NCBI GenBank assembly: GCA_018654745.1
Contig: JABILA010000006.1
Coordinates: 18,598 to 82,597 of the forward strand
Reading direction: 5' to 3'
Source of the DNA: Alphaproteobacteria bacterium
GTDB lineage: Bacteria > Pseudomonadota > Alphaproteobacteria > UBA2966
Length of the DNA: 64,000 bases
Below the pieces are notes generated by a model. That model worked only from the letters and a program-made list of their open reading frames with translations. It was not told the origin of the DNA and did no database searches. A program made the position numbers and the translations under genes. Positions 1-9,728 of this stretch are shown piece after piece (positions within the stretch are counted from its first letter, which is position 1; each line of letters opens with the position of its first letter).

Positions 1-207
1 GAACGTCAGCGTCGGGATGTCACAATCGATTTCATCCAGAGCCAGACGATCCAGAACAAAAAAAACATCGAGCAAATGACCCAGGAACAAAGACTGGAAC
101 ATATCGACGGCCTCAACAAGATGATTGCCGATCCAGCCCTGGCCGCGGCCTTCCTCAGTCGTAACAACATGTTTGACGCCTTGAAGCGGGCGGCAGAAAT
201 CACCTGA
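1..207 (+). CDS. C-terminal fragment of an unidentified protein; gene start lies upstream of the window
   Basis: Frame +1 is open from the window edge to TGA at 205-207 (...IDGLNKMIADPALAAAFLSRNNMFDALKRAAEIT*). The next gene starts 14 nt downstream on the same strand. No family recognised. Confidence 0.25.
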   Translation, partial: ERQRRDVTIDFIQSQTIQNKKNIEQMTQEQRLEHIDGLNKMIADPALAAAFLSRNNMFDALKRAAEIT

Positions 208-220
208 CACCGGATGCTAT

Positions 221-970
221 ATGACCGCACCACCTAATCCTCCGACATATGGCTGGCGCGCCAAGTTAGGGGTCATAGTGCCGCCCACAAATACGGTTAA
301 TGAAGCCGAGTGGAACCTGGCTGTACCCGATGGGGTAACGGTACACGCGGCCCGTATGACCCTGCACACTGACACCACTTCCGTGGAAGGTTTGAACGCG
401 TTACATCGCGATCTGGCCGAAGCCGTGCACAGCCTGAAACCGGCTGGTGTTGCAGCCATCGCCTATGGCTGTACGGCAGGATCCATGATCACACCGCGGC
501 ACGCCCTGGCCGAAAAAATGTCTGGCGAAGTTGATTTGCCTTGTGTGACAACGGCCGCCGCAATCGTCGATGCTCTGGAAGTCGTCAGGGCCAAAAAAAT
601 CGCTGTTGCCACACCTTACGACAAACGCCTTAACGATCACGAAGTTGAATTTCTGACCAGTCAAGGTCTAGAAGTACTGGCAATCGAGGGGTTGGGGTTG
701 GGCGCAAATGGTCCGGCGGAATATCCCTTGATTCACCGTGTCCCGAAATCACGTATCCTCGAACTCGCGAGATCGGTTGATCGATCCGGGGCAGACGCCC
801 TGGTCATTAGCTGTACAGATTTTCCAACTTTTGGACTGATTGAAGAACTGGAATCTGAATTGGGAAAACCTGTCATCACAAGTAATCAGGCGACCTTGTG
901 GGCGACGTTGCACGCGGCAGGGATCGGCGACAAGTTACCAGAGCTCGGGCAATTGTTTCGGGATTTCTGA
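221..970 (+). CDS. Asp/Glu/hydantoin racemase superfamily protein (maleate isomerase / arylmalonate decarboxylase-like)
   Basis: 249 aa. N-terminal 'LGVIVPPTNTVNEAEW' and overall size match the maleate cis-trans isomerase/AMDase fold. ATG at 221. Confidence 0.6.
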   Translation: MTAPPNPPTYGWRAKLGVIVPPTNTVNEAEWNLAVPDGVTVHAARMTLHTDTTSVEGLNALHRDLAEAVHSLKPAGVAAIAYGCTAGSMITPRHALAEKMSGEVDLPCVTTAAAIVDALEVVRAKKIAVATPYDKRLNDHEVEFLTSQGLEVLAIEGLGLGANGPAEYPLIHRVPKSRILELARSVDRSGADALVISCTDFPTFGLIEELESELGKPVITSNQATLWATLHAAGIGDKLPELGQLFRDF

Positions 971-1001
971 AACAGAACCGGACAACAAACAGGCGACATT
1001 C

Positions 1002-1850
1002 ATGACAACCACATTTCAATATCCGTCCCTTCGCGATCGTACCGTTATTGTCACCGGTGGCGGTCAGGGGCTGGGACGCGAGATGGCATTGGCCCTGATT
1101 GCACAGGGTGCAAATGTGGTCATCACAAGTGTATCTGACACCGCCAGCAGGGATCAAACGACGAGGGACGCACAGGCATTGGGTGCAGACAGCGGCGATG
1201 TTCTGGCCTTGAAAGCTGACGTTGCGAACTGGGCCGATTGCCAAAATGTCGTTGATCAGGCTCGACAGAAATTTGGGGCCATCCACGCGTTGATTAACAA
1301 TGCCGGTCGCGGCATGCGTCTGATTTCAGAAACTTTCAACTCTATCCCGACAAAGTTCTGGGAGGCAGATGTCGACGCCTGGCGGACAGTGATGGACATC
1401 AATATCAACGGCACATTCCTGATGTCGAAAGCTGTTATGCCTGAGTTTTTGAAACAGAATTCTGGACGCATCATCAATATTTCGACGAGTGATATCACGA
1501 TGGTACGTGGTGGCTATTCCCCCTATGGGCCTTCCAAGACGGCCATCGAGGCCTGCTCGGTTGCCTGGGCGCAGGAGTTGACCGACACCGACATCACCGT
1601 AAATGTCTTACTGCCAGGCGGTGCTTCCGACACCGCATTGCTGCCGGACAGCCCGGACAAAAAGGGGGCAGACGGTAACTTGTTGCCGCCGGCGATCATG
1701 CGGGAACCGGCTTTGTGGCTCTGTTCGGATCAGTCAAATGGCGTTTCAGGTCGACGCTTCATTGCCCGTAACTGGAACGCCGACCTGCCACCTGACGAGG
1801 CCGCAGCAGGTGCCATGGAGGCACAAGCTGCAAAGCCAAAAGTCATGTAA
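1002..1850 (+). CDS. short-chain dehydrogenase/reductase (SDR) family oxidoreductase
   Basis: The ORF track gives 840..1850, but the SDR fold begins at Met 1002 (MTTTFQYPSLRDRTVIVTGGGQGLGREMA = TGxxxGxG Rossmann motif). A YxxxK catalytic region is present (YSPYGPSK). Confidence 0.75.
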   Translation: MTTTFQYPSLRDRTVIVTGGGQGLGREMALALIAQGANVVITSVSDTASRDQTTRDAQALGADSGDVLALKADVANWADCQNVVDQARQKFGAIHALINNAGRGMRLISETFNSIPTKFWEADVDAWRTVMDININGTFLMSKAVMPEFLKQNSGRIINISTSDITMVRGGYSPYGPSKTAIEACSVAWAQELTDTDITVNVLLPGGASDTALLPDSPDKKGADGNLLPPAIMREPALWLCSDQSNGVSGRRFIARNWNADLPPDEAAAGAMEAQAAKPKVM

Positions 1851-2129
1851 GATACTGGAATATGTTATCCCTACTTAATGTTCACCCAGCGAAGCTGAAA
1901 GAAGTTATCTGCTCGCTGAACAAGATCAATATTGCTGCGCACACTCCATGAAAGTGCTTGTTGATGCAGCGGTATGAAAGGCAGCTCTGCCTTGAATATT
2001 GTGTGCACTTCGTCGATCATGGCCTGACGTTTGGGCTGATCAACTTCAACAGAGATCTGGTCCAGCGGTCCAGCCCAACAGATAAAGATTTGTATCGCGG
2101 GCCTTGTATTTGCAGCAAACCGCTGCGGG

Positions 2130-3209
2130 TTACAGTCCCTGCTGCATGGTCAGGCGGATAAACTCCGCCCGCTTGATCGGACCACCGGAATTCTGGTTAG
2201 GGAATTGTTTGTTCCAGGCATTCATCTTGACGGATAAATTGCACAAGGCAGAACCTATCTCGGTATGGTTTTCCTGAACGATACCCTGGAAACGCTTAAA
2301 GCGTTTAGCGTCAATGTTGTCCCACATTTTCGACGTTTGTGCTTCGAAATCATGGAAGCGGTCTGAAGCCCCGGTGTTCATGCTGGAAAACTTGTCATAG
2401 ACAGCATCGCAGGTTTTCATCAAGGTCTTGTCTTGCTTCAAGGTTCGATTTTCCATGATGTCATCGACGGAATAACAAAAGTCGGTGAAAGCAGACTGAA
2501 CGGATTCCCAGCATTCCCGGAAATAGGCGACAGACAAATAGATATCACCAAAATCTTCCAGGAAGACAGGCACTTCCTCGAGGCCAATACCAAGTTTGTC
2601 CGACATCATTTTCAGTTTGGCAATTGCCTGACGCTTGTCCGGGTGTCGAAAAAGCTCCACCACGTCACCATAATTTTTGACGCCTTCATTACCGTCGCCA
2701 AAAACTTCAAGAATAACGCGCTGGGTAAATGCTGACATATAGCGATGCAGTTGCACCTGCTTGGCCGCTGAAAGCCGCAGGCTTTCGTGATCATCGACAC
2801 GAATTCCAAGTTTACGCAATTCGATCCGCAGGCTGTACACATCATATGAATGAAGCTTGGCAAGCTTTGTCAGCATTTTGACATCGTCAGAGCCAATATT
2901 GGTATAGACCTGACCAATAGCGCTGACGGGCAGCTGACCACTGCCCATTTTGTCACCTTCAAACAGCTCGATGACGCTTTCAAGTTTGGCGTTCTTGATC
3001 ATACGCGTCCGCCCGAGACTTTTGCTCTCGAAGGGAATAACGCGAAGCGGCAGGGTATGAATGGAATCGCGATCGTGATCCGAATCCTGATCGGGTTCTT
3101 GAACCGCAGCGTTCTGCGCCGTGAAGTCTGCTTCTGCAGCGAGTGTCATGTTTGCCCCCGGGCTTTGACTCTCAATTGTTGCCGTCATCATAGTGATAAA
3201 CAGGAACAA
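2130..3209 (-). CDS. hypothetical protein (orphan, no recognisable family); acidic low-complexity N-terminus
   Basis: 359-aa ORF sitting downstream and co-directional with the response regulator and hybrid histidine kinase. Local GC is visibly lower (about 47%) than the flanking genes. No TM segment or signal peptide seen. Alternative starts at Met7/8 or Met21. Confidence 0.45.
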   Translation of the reverse strand: MFLFITMMTATIESQSPGANMTLAAEADFTAQNAAVQEPDQDSDHDRDSIHTLPLRVIPFESKSLGRTRMIKNAKLESVIELFEGDKMGSGQLPVSAIGQVYTNIGSDDVKMLTKLAKLHSYDVYSLRIELRKLGIRVDDHESLRLSAAKQVQLHRYMSAFTQRVILEVFGDGNEGVKNYGDVVELFRHPDKRQAIAKLKMMSDKLGIGLEEVPVFLEDFGDIYLSVAYFRECWESVQSAFTDFCYSVDDIMENRTLKQDKTLMKTCDAVYDKFSSMNTGASDRFHDFEAQTSKMWDNIDAKRFKRFQGIVQENHTEIGSALCNLSVKMNAWNKQFPNQNSGGPIKRAEFIRLTMQQGL

Positions 3210-3334
3210 GACCAGTAATTAACGAGACAATGAGTGGAACAAATAAATTAACTAAAGTTAACGCCAAATGTTTACTTGCGGACAACTTGAAAACATCCAG
3301 GTAACGGTTGAAATAGCGACATATTTTACATGGA

Positions 3335-4045
3335 TCAGGGGACGTAAGTGTATCCGGCACCACGAACCGTTTTGATGGCCTGTGGCTTGCCAGGGTCTCG
3401 TTCGACCTTGCGGCGCAGGCGGGCAATCCGGATATCAATAGATCGGTCAAAGGGGTCCCAGTTTTTGTTGTGGGCCAGTTCCATCAATTGATCGCGTGTG
3501 AGTACCCTGTTGGGTCGTTCAACAAAGGCTCGCATCAAGTCATATTCCATGGCCGTTATGGCAATTTCCTCGCCACTGGCATCAAACAGACTTCGGCCAT
3601 GAACATCAAAATGACAGGTACCGAACCGGACCCGCTGTTTGTCTTCGGCACTTTCCGAGGTTGCCGAGTTTGTTCTCATGCGTCTGAGAACTGATTTCAC
3701 CCGGGCATAAAGTTCCCGCATGTCGACCGGTTTGGCCAGATAGTCGTCGGCCCCGACTTCAAGACCCACAATCCGATCAATAACTTCCCCGGCAGCTGTC
3801 TGGAAAATGATGGCGACATCTGACGTTTCACGCAAATAGCGCGCCAGTGTCAAACCATCCTCCCCCGGCATGGCAATATCCAGAATGACCAGGTCTACAG
3901 GTTCCCCCAAAGACATGATTTCCTTCAACGCTTCGCCACCTGTTGCAGGCGTTACGCGAAAACCCTTGAGTTCAAGATATTCCTGCAGGGTATCTCGCAA
4001 ATCCTGCTCGTCATCGACGACGACTATGTGATCTTTCCTGGCCAT
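3335..4045 (-). CDS. OmpR/PhoB-family two-component response regulator (REC + winged-helix DNA-binding)
   Basis: N-terminal receiver (VVVDDEQDLRDTL...DLVILDIAMPGEDGL) and C-terminal winged helix (RLRRKVE...TVRGAGYTY). Confidence 0.85.
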   Translation of the reverse strand: MARKDHIVVVDDEQDLRDTLQEYLELKGFRVTPATGGEALKEIMSLGEPVDLVILDIAMPGEDGLTLARYLRETSDVAIIFQTAAGEVIDRIVGLEVGADDYLAKPVDMRELYARVKSVLRRMRTNSATSESAEDKQRVRFGTCHFDVHGRSLFDASGEEIAITAMEYDLMRAFVERPNRVLTRDQLMELAHNKNWDPFDRSIDIRIARLRRKVERDPGKPQAIKTVRGAGYTYVP

Positions 4046-4136
4046 TATGAATATCCTCGCGGCAGGAGCCCCTTTATCCGGCCATTATTAAAGTGTTTGA
4101 ATTCAGAAGCTGAACCCGGTCCCCCACATTCTTGCA

Positions 4137-4541
4137 TCAAGATGGCGCGCCATCAAACAAGTTGACTTCAAATGGCATTTTCACTTTCAGGAACCTTGAT
4201 TCGGGCAAGGGCCTGGCATTAGGTGACTTGTATTCACAGCGCCGATCCAGAGCCGGTTTTGGTCCACACGTCACAAATGTTGCATCCGTCCGCGACATGC
4301 CGATATCACTCAAGGTCCGGGGATCAAGATACTGGAACGATTGTCCGGCCTTGCGGGCCTGGTGGACGTCGTGGGCATCTTTCACTTTTCCCCAGATAAA
4401 ACGCGATGCTGTATCAACCGCATCCAGATAGAGATCAATATTGTTGCGCCGTCTCGCCCACGCCGCACCAACAACTGCACTATTCGTTCGACTGCGTGTC
4501 GATCCGATTTCAGCTTCCTTGCCATTTACATAAACAAACAT
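4137..4541 (-). CDS. hypothetical small protein with a weak DUF1127-like '...LSDIGMSRTD' motif
   Basis: 134-aa ORF between the histidine kinase and the response regulator on the same strand. The motif L-x-DIG-x-SR-x-D resembles the C-terminal signature of DUF1127 proteins, but here it is followed by about 55 more residues. Coding status uncertain. Confidence 0.25.
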   Translation of the reverse strand: MFVYVNGKEAEIGSTRSRTNSAVVGAAWARRRNNIDLYLDAVDTASRFIWGKVKDAHDVHQARKAGQSFQYLDPRTLSDIGMSRTDATFVTCGPKPALDRRCEYKSPNARPLPESRFLKVKMPFEVNLFDGAPS

Positions 4542-4696
4542 GACGTATTCCTTATCCCCTAGATCGTTTTCAATGACCCCTGAGTCATTGGTCGCAAAGT
4601 AAACATAGAGGGCGGGGATTTCAGGATGGTGTCGAAATCAGCTGTTTATTGTTTCAATTGTTTCAGTTTTACCAAAATCGCATCATTTCTGCTGCT

Positions 4697-7600
4697 TCAA
4701 GCCTGCGTTAACAGGGTTACCAGGTTTCGCACTTCTTTCGGCGTAATCGGTTTTTCGATATGTGGTCGCCCCGATTCTTTCAGAAATGAAGCAATATCAC
4801 TGCTGAGGGTATCCCCGGTTACAAAGGCGATCCGGTCGACAAGTTCCGGATGTTTGTCTCGCAAGGCACCCAACAACCACGGACCATCATAGTCCGGCAT
4901 CCGCAGATCACTCAGGATGACATCAAAATCCGTTAGCCCGACCGCATCAAGTGCGCGTTGGCCATTGTTCCTGATCAAGGTTTCATGACCGTCCAACTGC
5001 AATATTTCGGCGATCAGTTCGGCGACTTCAGGCTCGTCATCAACGATCAAAACGGCCAAGGTCTTTGGACCCTTGGCATTCTCCAGGGTCAGGTCCCCGC
5101 CTTCAGGGGCGGCAGTGCCGACGGGCAGCCGGATCGTAAAACTGGCTCCCCGACCTGGTTGGCTGAACAATTTGATCTTGCCGCCATTGGCTTCGATTAA
5201 CCTGTGACACAAGGCCAGACCTATGCCCGTGCCTTCACCGACTTCCTTGGTGGTAAAAAATGGCTCAAATATACGACGCCTGATTTCGTTCGGCACTCCG
5301 GGGCCATTGTCCTTCACCTTGATCACAACATGCTCGCTGCCGTCGCTGTAACCGCTGGTGATACGCACGCGACGACTACTGCCTTTCTGACGCAAGGCAT
5401 GCTCGGCATTCATAATCAAATTGGTCAGCACTTGCGTGATTTGATCCGGGTCAACATTCACGTTCGGCAGGGCCGTTGAGAGATTTGTCGAGACGTCGAT
5501 ATTGGCACCACGCAGGGAATAGCTGGTTAGCTCGAGCGCCAGATCAATCATGTTGTTGGCGTCCGCCTGCACCCGATCCCGGGTTTGTTGCCGGGCCATG
5601 GCCAGGAATGTTTTGACAATGCGGGCGCAGCGATCTGCGGCTTTGCCAATCCGCTCGGCCCGTGCTGCCACCTTTGGATCATCTGCAGTTTCCTGCAATA
5701 ACAAGGTCTGGCCCACGACAACCGAAAGGGGATTATTCAGCTCGTGTGAAACACTCGCCAGCAATTCACCCATTGCGACCATCTTTTCGCTGACATGCAT
5801 GACTTCGCGCTGGCGTGCCATTTCATCCTGCAAGGCCCGCATCTCCGTCAGATCAAATATGGTCGATACAATGAGTTTTTCTTCCTGATAGGACATCAAT
5901 CTGGCAGCGTAAGAAGACCAGAATGACGTTCCATCTGCTTTCATGAATTCGATCTCTCTGTCGTTTACTTCGCCATCATTCAGAAGTTCCTGCCAGATTT
6001 CCCTGCGCTCCTGAGGGTTGGCCCAATAGTCCGTCGCGACGATGCCCGGCCCCATATCTCCGCGCTGAAAGAGTTCTTTGGATTTTGGACTTTCATAAAG
6101 AACAACGGCATCCTCCCCCCGGCTCACTGTGATGGGAATCGGTGATGCTTCCAGAATTTGACGCACAGACTCTTCGCTGTCTCTCAGCGCATTTTCCATA
6201 GTCTTGCTTTTGGTGATGTCTGTCAGGGTTATGACAAACCCTTTTTGTCGGGTCGGATGACAGGAATACAGGAACCAGCGGTCATCGTTTTGCAATCGAA
6301 ATTCAAAGTCACGCACGGACTTTCGGTTGCCGTCCTTGTCAAAGTGCATGGCAAAAAATGATTCCAGCATTTCGCCGTGCGCATAATAGTCGCCCCGGTC
6401 TGATCCTTCCCTGATCAGATCTTCATAGCTGGCACCGGGCACAAGGTTTTCGCGACTGGTGGTATTGAAGTCCAGATACTGGCTATTGCAAGTGATCAGT
6501 TTGCCATTGTGATCAAAAAGAGCGAAGCCTTCTGACAAGGCTTCAATCGCATCTTCAAGAATATCATTGGCCTTCTTCAAGGACCCTTCCCGTTCCAATT
6601 GTTCGGAAAGATCCATGATGCTGGTGATATGCATATCGCGGCCATTGATATTGACCAGCTTCGAATTGCAGGTAATCCAGTAGGTCGATCCGTCTTCACG
6701 GCGGTAATGGATCGGATAATCTCTCAGTTCACCGCTTTCCCTCAGGGCCTCAATAAACGCAGGGCGATCATCAGGATTGGCATAAAGTTCCTGAACATGG
6801 AAAGCATCATCACTGTATTCATCACGGCCAAACATCCTGGATGCCGCGGGGCTTTCGTAAACAACCCTGCCGGTTTCAAAATCCACAAGGATGGCAGGCA
6901 GCGGATGGTTTTCGACCAGGGTTCGGAAATGAATTTCACTGTCTCTCAATTCTTCTTCGACATGTTTTTGCAGCGAAATATCCGTACTGACGGCCGATTG
7001 ACCACCGAGCGATGTGGCATCAAGGGTGATCAGTATCCATTCACCCGTCGTCATCCTGACTTCGACAGACTTGCCAGTGCTCTCCGTCATGACCTGCAAT
7101 ATTTTTTCAGCCATTTCTTCAGACTGAACAACCGGGCTACCTTCGAAGATTGCAAACTTCGGCATGATGGCGTCGACCAGATGTCGAAACGGTTGCCCCA
7201 GAAAATGGGCGCACTCATGTCCGGTAACTTCGGCCAGCGGATTGTTGATCGCAATAATGTTTCCGTCTTTCGATGTCAGAACGAAACCGCTGACCAGACT
7301 GTCGATTGCGTCCGTGTAGTCCTGATTCATATCCTCGAGCGCAAGAACGCTTTCGTCATATTTTTGCCGCAGGGTAATCTCGGCGCTGATATCAACCAGG
7401 CAGCCCTGAAAAAGCGTTGGCCCGCTGGCAGTGGTATTCATCGCAGTCAGTTGATCCCTGAACCAGATCCAGTCGCCTTTGCCATTCCGGAGGCGATATT
7501 CAACGCTGGTCGTTTCGTTCGTCGCAAGATCACGAACGGCCGCTTCATAGGCTGCCCGATCCAGACTATTGATCTGCTGGTTTAACCAGGAGGGATCGAC

Positions 7601-7831
7601 TTCGAAATTTTCGGGATCATAATCAAGTATTGCCCCGGCATTCGGACTGACAAATTGTACGTCGGCACTTTGGCTTATCAAAGACTGATAAATGATGACC
7701 GGTGTGGCCGCTAACAGCTGAAGCATATGGGGGCTCAATATGTCCTGATCCGGCATATTATCGTTCACGTCTGAAGAATTTGACGAAGTCATTTTCTGAT
7801 CCTCTGGCTGATCAACAACAACGTTTTCCAA
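4697..7831 (-). CDS. hybrid sensor histidine kinase: multiple PAS/PAC domains + HisKA + HATPase_c + C-terminal receiver; cytoplasmic (no TM)
   Basis: 1044 aa. Repeated PAS-like blocks are visible. HisKA H-box ([15 protein letters not shown]), ATPase G-boxes (DNGPGVP...GTGIGL) and a C-terminal REC ([13 protein letters not shown]...[12 protein letters not shown]). Confidence 0.85.
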   Translation of the reverse strand: MENVVVDQPEDQKMTSSNSSDVNDNMPDQDILSPHMLQLLAATPVIIYQSLISQSADVQFVSPNAGAILDYDPENFEVDPSWLNQQINSLDRAAYEAAVRDLATNETTSVEYRLRNGKGDWIWFRDQLTAMNTTASGPTLFQGCLVDISAEITLRQKYDESVLALEDMNQDYTDAIDSLVSGFVLTSKDGNIIAINNPLAEVTGHECAHFLGQPFRHLVDAIMPKFAIFEGSPVVQSEEMAEKILQVMTESTGKSVEVRMTTGEWILITLDATSLGGQSAVSTDISLQKHVEEELRDSEIHFRTLVENHPLPAILVDFETGRVVYESPAASRMFGRDEYSDDAFHVQELYANPDDRPAFIEALRESGELRDYPIHYRREDGSTYWITCNSKLVNINGRDMHITSIMDLSEQLEREGSLKKANDILEDAIEALSEGFALFDHNGKLITCNSQYLDFNTTSRENLVPGASYEDLIREGSDRGDYYAHGEMLESFFAMHFDKDGNRKSVRDFEFRLQNDDRWFLYSCHPTRQKGFVITLTDITKSKTMENALRDSEESVRQILEASPIPITVSRGEDAVVLYESPKSKELFQRGDMGPGIVATDYWANPQERREIWQELLNDGEVNDREIEFMKADGTSFWSSYAARLMSYQEEKLIVSTIFDLTEMRALQDEMARQREVMHVSEKMVAMGELLASVSHELNNPLSVVVGQTLLLQETADDPKVAARAERIGKAADRCARIVKTFLAMARQQTRDRVQADANNMIDLALELTSYSLRGANIDVSTNLSTALPNVNVDPDQITQVLTNLIMNAEHALRQKGSSRRVRITSGYSDGSEHVVIKVKDNGPGVPNEIRRRIFEPFFTTKEVGEGTGIGLALCHRLIEANGGKIKLFSQPGRGASFTIRLPVGTAAPEGGDLTLENAKGPKTLAVLIVDDEPEVAELIAEILQLDGHETLIRNNGQRALDAVGLTDFDVILSDLRMPDYDGPWLLGALRDKHPELVDRIAFVTGDTLSSDIASFLKESGRPHIEKPITPKEVRNLVTLLTQA

Positions 7832-8067
7832 TCAGGATCGTCGCCGGATCAAGGCCCCACAGTCATATGTATTGATCATAAATATACAGGCAATTTCGGT
7901 CTCGTGTCCCGGCGCATCTGCAAATGAAACAATTGAAACCATTTCGCATCGTAACGGTCGCAATACAGAAACACACCTTCCCTATCTTCCAATTATCCAC
8001 TGGGGACACCCTCTTGGGGACAGCATGAGATCAATCTTGAATTCGATCAAAACAGTACGAGGGAACA

Positions 8068-9000
8068 ATGAACTTTTTTGTAGCAGACCAGACAACCGAA
8101 CGATTTGCCCGATGCATTGCAGCATCACAGCGCGTGAACTGGGACATCCAGACCGATGTTATTCGCGGGCGTAAATTTGACATCGGACATAAATTTTTGC
8201 CCGACGGCCTTTCAAAAGTTGAAGACATGGTGTTTCTCACCGAAACTGAAAGACGTTATGTCAGTCAAATTCAGGGCCGCACCTATGCCAATGTTTTTGG
8301 CCTGGTCGAGCGCTTTATTAACGCCAAGATTCTCGAAGTAGGACAGGATCACGTGCTTGGTGATCAGGTAGCTATGGAAGCCGTTGTTCGCTTCAGCAAT
8401 GAAGAGTTGAAGCATCAGGAATTGTTCCGCCAAATTGATCGCATGTGCGAAGAGGTTATGCCTGCGGGTTACAGTTTTGCGCCTGATCCCAACGACGTTG
8501 CGAAAGCGGTTCTAAGTAAAGGCACCTGGGCTGTATTGGCCCTGACGCTGGATATTGAATTGTTTACCCAGACACACTACCGGGAAAGCATTGATCCAAA
8601 CGATACCTTGTCACCTTTGTTCAAGGACGTTTTTTTGTATCACTGGAAAGAAGAAAGTCAGCACGCGATCATCGACGAACTGGAGTGGGTTCGGCATGAC
8701 GCCAGCGTTTCAGCGGAAGAACGCGACACAGGTGTTACCGAGTTCATTGAACTTGTAGGCGCGGTAGACGGTATCCTCCAGGGTCAGGCTGCAGCTGACG
8801 CCGCATACTTCGCTGAGACTTGCGGTCGGCAGATGGCAGCAGAAGAAGTGGTCGCCGTGGAAAGCGGCATGTTGGCGGCGTATCGCTGGCAGTACATTTT
8901 CTCCGGTGCCCAGCACCCCCATTTTGGCAAAGTGCTTGGCGGTATGATTACAGCTGAACAAGGCGAGCGCATTCAAAGCGCGCTCGGCAGTATCGGTTAA
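8068..9000 (+). CDS. ferritin-like diiron oxygenase, AurF (p-aminobenzoate N-oxygenase)-like family
   Basis: 310 aa with two ExxH motifs (EELKH, EESQH) plus upstream carboxylates (TETERRY) in the arrangement typical of AurF/CmlI-type diiron proteins. RBS GAGGGA upstream of ATG 8068. Confidence 0.55.
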   Translation: MNFFVADQTTERFARCIAASQRVNWDIQTDVIRGRKFDIGHKFLPDGLSKVEDMVFLTETERRYVSQIQGRTYANVFGLVERFINAKILEVGQDHVLGDQVAMEAVVRFSNEELKHQELFRQIDRMCEEVMPAGYSFAPDPNDVAKAVLSKGTWAVLALTLDIELFTQTHYRESIDPNDTLSPLFKDVFLYHWKEESQHAIIDELEWVRHDASVSAEERDTGVTEFIELVGAVDGILQGQAAADAAYFAETCGRQMAAEEVVAVESGMLAAYRWQYIFSGAQHPHFGKVLGGMITAEQGERIQSALGSIG

Positions 9001-9083
9001 TCCGAAACACATCATGAAAGCCGGCCCGGCAATCAAACCGGGCTGGCGGCCATATCATCTACACATCAAAAGGAAACAAGAAC

Positions 9084-9656
9084 ATGTCCGCAATCGCATC
9101 TGCAGATTACCCGAATATCGTCAACGGTATCGACGTCGACGCCGTTCAGGCCCTGGCGCAACAAGTGTCAGACGACCCCGCCACGGGACAAACACACTGG
9201 CAGGTGACCAGCGCCTGGCAAGGTCAAACCCACAGCCAATCGAAAGTGTCCGCTTATTCTTTGGGCGGCGAAAAGATTGCCCGTGATTTTACAATCGACA
9301 TTGATGAACCCGAAGAACTCGGGGGCAGCAACCAGTTTGCCAATCCGCAGGAGTACCTCATTTCGGCACTCAACGCCTGCATGATTGTTGGCTACACTGC
9401 CCTTTGCGCCCTGAATGGCATTCGCATCGACAAACTGGAGATTACCACCGAGGGCGACATTGATCTTCGAGGCTTTCTTGGACTTGATGCCGATGTGTCA
9501 CCTGGCTACGACAGCCTGGAATACACCGTTACAATCAAGGGGGATGCCAGCGAGGAAAAGTTCAGGGAGATACATGAGATGGTGACGGCAACTTCACCGA
9601 ATTTCCACAACATCTCTACACCCGTTGCCCTTCAGCCGACATTTATTGTCGAATAG
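9084..9656 (+). CDS. OsmC/Ohr-family (peroxiredoxin-like) protein
   Basis: 190 aa. OsmC-like signature region (EYLISALNACMIVGYTALCALNGI). RBS AAGGAAA upstream. Confidence 0.75.
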   Translation: MSAIASADYPNIVNGIDVDAVQALAQQVSDDPATGQTHWQVTSAWQGQTHSQSKVSAYSLGGEKIARDFTIDIDEPEELGGSNQFANPQEYLISALNACMIVGYTALCALNGIRIDKLEITTEGDIDLRGFLGLDADVSPGYDSLEYTVTIKGDASEEKFREIHEMVTATSPNFHNISTPVALQPTFIVE

Positions 9657-9679
9657 GCAAACAACTCAAGATTAGAAGA

Positions 9680-9710
9680 ACGGCTGCTATTTTTTATGGT
9701 AGCCGTTTTT
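9680..9710. terminator. bidirectional Rho-independent terminator between the convergent OsmC-like and NDH-2 genes
   Basis: ACGGCTGC-TATTTTTTATG-GTAGCCGT hairpin followed by TTTTT, with an A/T run on the other strand. Confidence 0.5.
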
Positions 9711-9728
9711 CATTTTGAACGCCGGAAG

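Noticed and set aside
6-233. 75-aa minus-strand ORF at the window start
   Set aside because: The plus-strand frame is open from the window edge to a stop at 205-207 and reads like a genuine protein C-terminus. The minus ORF overlaps both it and the next gene's start, so it is more likely spurious.
840-1001. N-terminal extension of the SDR ORF (track start 840)
   Set aside because: It overlaps the 3' end of the upstream racemase-family gene. The SDR Rossmann motif begins right after Met 1002.
4580-4600. inverted repeat CAATGAC-CCCTGA-GTCATTG downstream of the histidine kinase
   Set aside because: It has no adjacent U-tract on either strand, so it is not a convincing intrinsic terminator.
6599-7585. 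328-aa plus-strand ORF
   Set aside because: Entirely antisense to the well-supported hybrid histidine kinase. No recognisable domains.
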